DNA of 63,548 nt, the filler included, from Licmophora abbreviata (taxonomy: Eukaryota): NCBI GenBank assembly GCA_900291995.1. It is 13 parts of 13 records of this genome, joined end to end, with 100 filler letters (N's around TTAATTAATTAA, not from the genome) between each part and the next. Parts side by side here need not be neighbours in the genome. Positions count along the whole stretch, not along the records: positions 55,211 to 62,178 come from OLMU01002407.1; positions 62,279 to 63,548 come from OLMU01002411.1; 11 more parts are not named here. One strand, given 5' to 3'. Each line of letters begins with the position of its first letter. The first letter of the stretch is position 1. Under the pieces are notes generated by a model, which made no database searches, had not been told where the DNA came from, and saw only the letters and a program-made list of their open reading frames with translations. Both the position numbers and the translations under genes were made by a program. Of this stretch, positions 57,429 to 63,548 are shown one piece after another.

Positions 57429-59285
57429 TTACGAAGTGTACCGCCAAGGGTCTTCCCAATCTTTGCCGAGAAGCATGGCAAGTCGATGGTTGTGAGGTTC
57501 GTAGAAGCGCTGAAGGTACTGCAGAGTGGCTTCTTCCATCGGTTTATAGGAGCGCCGATTTCTGACCGAGTCATCCTCGACATCATACGGTGGCAACTCT
57601 AGGTGTTGCCATACCTTGTCCATCGTTGTTCGCACTCCATCTTCGCTCTGCATGTCCTCCAACTTAAGCACCATCAGATGCTCACGAGAGAATGCATCAA
57701 ACCATGGGCGCAAGTTTAATTCGTACATGCCGCGGGAGATTGGGCTGTGTGAGCCTGTGTACAAGGGTAGATCCTTCAAGTATACGTTCCATGCTTGATT
57801 CTCGTCATGGCTTCCAACGAAGGAATCAAAGGTCGCCTGGTCAACAGTGCCATCGTCAATGTTCCAATATGGAATTAAACCACAGGACCGCAGTCGCTCC
57901 ATGTCCTGCCGGACCACTTGCTCGAGCGTTAACTCTTTCCATTCTGTGCCTCGAGTTTGAATCTGCTGTGGTGTTCCATCCAGCGATGTCACCATGGCAA
58001 AATGAGAATGCACACGCTTGACAGGATCCCGCAAGATGACAAACAGTTTGAGCGGCCAATCAAACACTCGCTTCAGTCGGGGAATGACGCGCAACGAGTC
58101 GAGCAGGTAGGACGGAGTCGAGTCACCCGTCAAGCAGGATGGGTGGCGACTCAGCTCTTCCGTGAAAAAGAACATGCGGCAAAAGGCGCGTTGTTTCTTG
58201 GTCGATGTCAATGTATCATTCCATCGCCAGTCCAAACAGTGCGTTTCCCGTCGTCGTGCCCTCACTACCAGCGGATGCTGTATCATGTACTCGTAAAGAG
58301 ATGTCGTTCCTGACTTTTGGGCTCCCAAAATCAGATAAGACGGTGTCGGTCGACGTCCCTTGTCCACAACACGATCGATACTACGTCGCGTTTGCAACAG
58401 CTGCTCACCCGGGTTCAACTGGATGCGCCGCTGTATCGTAAAGTGTTTGTCCACGTAATCCAAAATCAAGTGTACACGATGGTCATCCCCACAGTTGGAA
58501 ACCGCGTGCTTGCCTTGATTGTTAATTTCAAATACATGTCCTGGTGAACAATCAACGCGTTGCATTGCCTCGACAGTAGGGCCGCAGCGAAACAGTACTT
58601 TGGAGGGATCCGTAACAATCACTGGCACATGGACGCGATGCGTGTGTTTGACCCACTCGCCTGTATCATGATGCACTGGAATGGTGACAGCAGGCGGAAG
58701 CGCCGCCAGGAGCAGTCGCACGATTCTATCGGAAGAGATGGCAAGTTTATCCAGAATTGGCTGTACCGCAGCGCGTACATCACTCCGGCCATGCCACCAC
58801 GGAAGTTCGTAGACATCCCTTAGAAAGTCGTCGCAGAAGAGCAAAACAATCTTCTTGATTCCCCAAGCATCGTGAGACGGCCGTGTTATTCGTACATTGT
58901 TCTGCGTCGCATTTGCTTCGTCCCAGAGGTTCGTCAAGGACTCAATGGGCGACACCTTGTCAGGTAGGTTGCACGAGGGAGAAGCCGTTCTAAGGACAGC
59001 CGTATTCGGTGCCTCTTCGTTGTACCCTTCCCGGACCAAACTTTCCAAGGCCGAGACATCGACATTTCCTCTCGAAGAGACGCAAACCAGAAGTTTGTAT
59101 CCAAAAGAATCGTCCTTCTTTTCTTCCCCATTCGTCTCACTTCTTGTCCCGATCGGATGCTGCTTGCTTGACAATGGAATTTCGCCATGGTTCACCGAGT
59201 CGGCACACGACAAGCTATGCAGATTTATCAATTCCAGCGCATCCTTGTGCTGTCGAGCGATCTCATCGGGCGGGGTCGGGGACAT
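57429..59285 (-). CDS. Fusion of an Asp/Asn beta-hydroxylase-type 2OG-Fe(II) oxygenase domain and a PAPS-dependent sulfotransferase domain
   Basis: IPVHHDTG, HRVHVP, FEINNQGKHAVSN...RVHLILD, then LILGAQKSGTTSL (5'-PSB), TPSY, ILRDPVKRVHS (3'-PB), SRGMY, LQRFYEPHN. One uninterrupted ORF. Confidence 0.88.
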   Translation of the reverse strand: MSPTPPDEIARQHKDALELINLHSLSCADSVNHGEIPLSSKQHPIGTRSETNGEEKKDDSFGYKLLVCVSSRGNVDVSALESLVREGYNEEAPNTAVLRTASPSCNLPDKVSPIESLTNLWDEANATQNNVRITRPSHDAWGIKKIVLLFCDDFLRDVYELPWWHGRSDVRAAVQPILDKLAISSDRIVRLLLAALPPAVTIPVHHDTGEWVKHTHRVHVPVIVTDPSKVLFRCGPTVEAMQRVDCSPGHVFEINNQGKHAVSNCGDDHRVHLILDYVDKHFTIQRRIQLNPGEQLLQTRRSIDRVVDKGRRPTPSYLILGAQKSGTTSLYEYMIQHPLVVRARRRETHCLDWRWNDTLTSTKKQRAFCRMFFFTEELSRHPSCLTGDSTPSYLLDSLRVIPRLKRVFDWPLKLFVILRDPVKRVHSHFAMVTSLDGTPQQIQTRGTEWKELTLEQVVRQDMERLRSCGLIPYWNIDDGTVDQATFDSFVGSHDENQAWNVYLKDLPLYTGSHSPISRGMYELNLRPWFDAFSREHLMVLKLEDMQSEDGVRTTMDKVWQHLELPPYDVEDDSVRNRRSYKPMEEATLQYLQRFYEPHNHRLAMLLGKDWEDPWRYTS

Positions 59286-59731
59286 GGCGGTCTTTCGTTC
59301 TCTGTTAGATACGCTGTGACCTCTCGCCATCTACCGTCATGTTATCATGTTGTGTGTCTCGACGGCCGTGACGGTGATTCAGATTTTGAAATCTAAACTT
59401 GAGAGTTGAGTGGCCGAGATGAGTTCTTGGAAGCGAGTGGGTGGGTGTACAGACGATCCCATTTGTCGTCCGCAAAAGATCCGCGCGCGTCTTTTGGACA
59501 TCGAAATCTGCGTAGAACTCAGTACAAACCCTACGCATGATCGCCAAAGTCTTACAAATGCGGAGTTTTCCCACGGTTCACATTTTCTTTCTAGCGGAGT
59601 ATTTTGGTTGTTGTTGTTGTTGTTGTGTCCATCCATCCTTAGAGCTGTGGACGACAACGATCTTGCAAAGACGCACCCCCTGTAAAGTCGACTGAGCAAC
59701 AGACGCTACACTCCCTTCGACAGGAAACGCC

Positions 59732-60522
59732 ATGGTTCGAATGGTGCAGCACGACCATGATCTCGTAGAACAGAACATCGAAGACGATGATATCTTGCAT
59801 GATGTAGCATCGGACGATGACGATGAACCTGTCGCTATCCATGCAGGAGCAGGAGGAGGAGATGTCCACATGGAAGACGACGATTTTCCCATGGGTGACG
59901 CGGATGCACCCGCTCAGAATGGTGATCGTGATAGAAACGGTGGTGGATCGCGAAGTCGGGATGAACAGAGACGGATGGAAGACGAACCGCCTCTGGAAGG
60001 ATACCAAAGGTGAGTAGAGTGCATTCTGCGCCTTTGTAGGATCAACGGTAGGTCCATCTGCGACTGGCACACGCTTTCTCATACGCGCCTACTATAGAAC
60101 GGCACTCATTGGACAGGGCGCCTATGGTATTGTCTACAAGGGCACCAAGCAGACCACGGGAGACGTCGTGGCGATCAAGCGGATTCCCTTTGCCGACAGC
60201 ACCCCCGAGGGAGGCGTTCCTTGTAATGTTATTCGTGAAGTCTCCTTGTTGAGGGAGCTTGATCATCCTAACGTTGTTAGGCTCTTGGATATCATTCAAG
60301 CACAACCGAATGGACTCTATCTTGTGTTTGAGTATGTTACGCATGACTTGAAAACATTTATGGACCAGAGCCAAACGTCGGATGATATCAGTGAGCGTGT
60401 TGGGCTGCCGGTGGCAACAGTGCGCTCGTTTATGCGCCAAATGATAAGCGGAGTAGGTTTCTGCCACACGTATCGAGTGTTGCATCGCGACTTGAAACCT
60501 CACAATGTACGTGCCGATTGCG

Positions 60523-60559
<37 letters not shown>

Positions 60560-61088
60560 GAGCGTGTCGTCTCAACCTTACCTTTTCAACACATTTCCAC
60601 AGCTCCTCATCAGTGGCGACGGGCGTCAGCTGAAGTTGGCAGATTTCGGACTTGCGCGGCTTTCGGCCATCCCGAATGGTCCCTACACCTATGAGGTTGT
60701 GACGCTGTGGTACCGTGCCCCCGAACTCTTACTCGGCGCTAGTCGGTACTCCACGTCGGTCGACACGTGGTCGGTTGGATGCATCTTTGCGGAAATGGCT
60801 ACGGGTATGCCTCTCTTCCCAGGACGCTCCGACATTGACCAGCTCTTCAAGATCTTTCAGCGCCGCGGAACCCCCACAGGAGAAATGTGGCCAGCCGTGC
60901 CGCGGCTTCCGCATTACAATCCTGAATTTCCGCAGTGGCGAGAAAGGCCCATTACGGACTTTGTTCCGCAGGCAAACTTGGGGTCAGCGAATGGGGCCGA
61001 CCTCCTGACCAAATTGCTCCAGTACGATCCAGATCGTCGAATTGCCTGTCGGGCGGCATTGCAGCATCCCTATTTTTTGGAGCACTAG
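59732..61088 (+). CDS. Cyclin-dependent kinase (CDK1/2-like) with PCNVIRE helix and acidic N-terminal extension; introns 60010-60097 and 60507-60602
   Basis: IGQGAYGIVYK, VAIK, EGGVPCNVIREVSLLREL, HRDLKPHN-LLI, LADFGLAR, YTYEVVTLWYRAPELLLG. Confidence 0.92.
60523..60555. repeat. (GT)n microsatellite inside CDK intron 2
   Basis: GTGTATGTGTGT...GTG run of about 16 units. Confidence 0.95.
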
Positions 61089-61400
61089 CGAGGAACAAGA
61101 GCGGAAGAGAGATTCGTTGGGATATATCTTGCCAATATTAGATTGCTGCATACCGTTACATAGATACACTCGGGTTCAATTTTTACGCCCATTTCTCTTC
61201 CTTAGAAGATGTTTGGTTGGATCTTATACCATTCACCCAGCGACGTTACGCTCGCCGCCGCGAGTGCCCTTGAATTGAGCAGTATCCGAACGTTTCCTGA
61301 AACATTCTAGGAAGACCTTCGAATCAAGCTTGCTCAACTCATGACGAAATCCAACAGTAGAAATTCGTTTCTAAAATGAAGAACATGGACTACCATTGTG

Positions 61401-62178
61401 TTAGGCTACTTTTTGTCGATATCGGTTGCTCTTGTCTGTATCTTTGTTGTCGTCGTCAATCGTGATGGGCATTCCCATGGCACTCGGTGACTGTATGGAA
61501 GCGACCAATGTCAGCAAGTGAGCCACTTGCAGCAGGCGACTGCTCGCCGGCGTGGCAGGAAAGATCAAAAACGCGTACTCCATGGCTCCAATTAGTCCAA
61601 GTCGAACTAATATCGGATACGCGCCTGTTCTCCACAACAAGAATGGAACTGTGGAGCAGTACCAAGAGTAAAATTGGTAATGCAGCGTTCGGGCAAAGCA
61701 AATCCCAACAAAATTCGAAAGGAACAGGGTATAGACGACATAATCGGGTGCCAAGGGGCGGCCAAGAAATAAGTGTCTCCCTGTCAGAGTCTTGGTGGAT
61801 CGAAGCCATCGAGCCGCCAGCACTGCGAGCACCGCTAGGTGAAACGCCAAGAGAAGGACTGAGAGTGACTTGGAGACGAATGCATCCTCCGACAAGAACT
61901 GTGCATCGAATGAGAGTTGTGTGAGTCACAGCTCGTACGTATTGTCCGAAAAATACAATTACCACAAAATGACACATACCTTCCAGTTGACAGTCCACTT
62001 GTAGAAAAAGACGCGGTCAAACTCGAATGCTTTCCGTATATAGCTCTCGGGATAGGCCAACAGGAACGGCGCACCCAAGATCAATTGCACCACTCCGCAA
62101 ATGCCCAAGCACACCACACACCCCAGTGGACTTGCACTGGACTGCAACAACAGTAATAAGAGTCCAGGTGCGAATAAG
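61401..62178 (-). CDS. ALG3: Dol-P-Man:Man5GlcNAc2-PP-Dol alpha-1,3-mannosyltransferase, 3' part; intron 61899-61979
   Basis: LGAPFL, AFEFDRVFFYKWTVNWK-FLSE, SNFVGICFARTLHYQFYSWY, FPATPASS. The 5' part is lost in the gap. Confidence 0.9.
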
Positions 62179-62298
62179 NNNNNNNNNNNNNNNNNNNNNN
62201 NNNNNNNNNNNNNNNNNNNNNNTTAATTAATTAANNNNNNNNNNNNNNNNNNNNNNNNNNNNNNNNNNNNNNNNNNNNAGTTTCCAAACATCGCGACC

Positions 62299-63486
62299 AT
62301 GACAAGCAACGGCAGCAGTAGAATCGCCCAGAGCACTGCTCCCGATGACCCTTGCTCCGCCGACATTGGCAATCTCCCTCTCCCTCCTCCTACTTACAAG
62401 CGCAACGATCGAGGCGAAACCATTGTATTGGGGATTGAGGGCAGCGCCAACAAAGTAGGAGTCGGCGTATTGAAATTTGATCCTCTCGAACACACCTACA
62501 CCACCCTTGCCAATCCCCGCAAGACATTTGTGCCCGCTACGGGTCAAGGATTTCTTCCAAAGGAAACATCCCGACATCATCAACGCCATATTGTCGCCTT
62601 GGTCCGAGCGGCTCTACGAGAAGCCTTTCCAGACCATCCGTCACAGTCTGATGCTCACTCCCAACTCTCGGCAATTTGCTTTACCAAAGGTCCCGGCATG
62701 GGAGGCCCATTGACAGCGTGTGCCCTTGCAGCTCGAACGTTGAGTATCATGTGGAACATCCCTCTCGTTGGTGTCAATCACTGCGTCGGCCACATTGAAA
62801 TGGGCCGCGTCGCGACACAGGCACGCAATCCCGTCGTCCTATACGTCAGTGGCGGCAATACTCAAGTGATTGCCTACTCGGACCAACGATACAGAATATT
62901 TGGGGAAACGATTGACATTGCCATTGGAAATTGTTTGGATCGCTTTGCGCGAGCGATTGGATTGAGCAATGACCCGTCGCCCGGATATAATATTGAACAA
63001 GAAGCGAAAAAGGGCGAGAACTTTGTCGAACTTCCCTATGTCGTCAAGGGCATGGATGTGTCGTTTAGTGGAATACTCTCCTTTGTGGAACAAGAAGCCA
63101 AAACAAAATTACAGCACGGCGAAGTCTCCAAAGCAGACTTGTGTTTTTCGCTCCAGGAAACACTCTTTGCCATGTTGGTGGAAATTACCGAACGAGCCAT
63201 GGCCCACTGTGGACAGTCGCAAGTGCTGATTGTCGGTGGTGTTGGCTGCAATAAACGACTGCAGGACATGATGCGATGCATGGTAGAACAACGACCAAAT
63301 GGTGAGTTGTGTAGTATGGACCATCGATATTGTATTGATAATGGAGCCATGATTGCGCAGGCAGGCATCTTTGCACTGCAGCATGGCATTACGACGCCCC
63401 TGGAGGAAAGTTGGTGTACGCAGCGGTATCGGACAGATCAAGTAAAGGCTGTGTGGCGTGCGCCGGAAGTATGCCATCATACGTAG
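62299..63486 (+). CDS. OSGEP: tRNA N6-adenosine threonylcarbamoyltransferase (KEOPS Kae1/OSGEP)
   Basis: [65 protein letters not shown]. Confidence 0.97.
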   Translation: MTSNGSSRIAQSTAPDDPCSADIGNLPLPPPTYKRNDRGETIVLGIEGSANKVGVGVLKFDPLEHTYTTLANPRKTFVPATGQGFLPKETSRHHQRHIVALVRAALREAFPDHPSQSDAHSQLSAICFTKGPGMGGPLTACALAARTLSIMWNIPLVGVNHCVGHIEMGRVATQARNPVVLYVSGGNTQVIAYSDQRYRIFGETIDIAIGNCLDRFARAIGLSNDPSPGYNIEQEAKKGENFVELPYVVKGMDVSFSGILSFVEQEAKTKLQHGEVSKADLCFSLQETLFAMLVEITERAMAHCGQSQVLIVGGVGCNKRLQDMMRCMVEQRPNGELCSMDHRYCIDNGAMIAQAGIFALQHGITTPLEESWCTQRYRTDQVKAVWRAPEVCHHT

Positions 63487-63548
63487 TGAACTGCAAAGAC
63501 TGCACTAGTTCTTCGGCTGGTATTTGTCGACCAGGTCTACTCGGTGTG

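Noticed and set aside
1..63548. Prokaryotic defence island, CRISPR array, prophage or transposon
   Set aside because: Spliceosomal introns and eukaryote-specific genes occur throughout. No repeat-spacer array, transposase, reverse transcriptase or integrase motifs were seen.

Overview
This is eukaryotic nuclear DNA of about 50% GC. It is gene-dense, with short GT-AG introns and ASAF/W-type bipartite plastid presequences, which is most consistent with a diatom (inference, no taxonomic search run). The window is a draft scaffold containing twelve identical 100-bp artificial gap linkers (N44-TTAATTAATTAA-N44). Several linkers split single genes whose flanks overlap. There is also a 454 adaptor-like remnant and about six single-base frameshifts that look like homopolymer errors. 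After repair, about 33 protein genes can be reconstructed: DUF819 protein, SDR, ABC1 kinase, two N-acetylglutamate synthase paralogues (one lacking the GNAT domain), plant-type C2-phospholipase D, UBL5/Hub1, two glycosyltransferase-like proteins, a ~1,300-aa four-module EF-hand-like protein, glycolate oxidase-like enzyme, DAO-family oxidoreductase, alanine aminotransferase, Pho88/SND3-ankyrin fusion, Ubl membrane protein, RING-H2 ligase, malonyl-CoA decarboxylase, CDC123, a one-repeat-per-exon LRR protein, RluA-type pseudouridine synthase, ARMT1/DUF89, patatin-like lipase, A20 zinc finger, CCR4/nocturnin EEP, Nop52, RRM protein, FAD monooxygenase-like protein, a 2OG-hydroxylase/sulfotransferase fusion, a PCNVIRE CDK, ALG3 and KAE1/OSGEP. 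No rRNA, tRNA, CRISPR array or recognisable transposon was seen. The best leads are the hydroxylase-sulfotransferase fusion beside an orphan flavin monooxygenase, the GNAT-less NAGS paralogue, a glycolate/glyoxylate/glycine gene trio, the EF-hand protein with a 4x repeated WY..GG...PWLELLDL motif, and the modular LRR gene with a downstream ~92-bp repeat.
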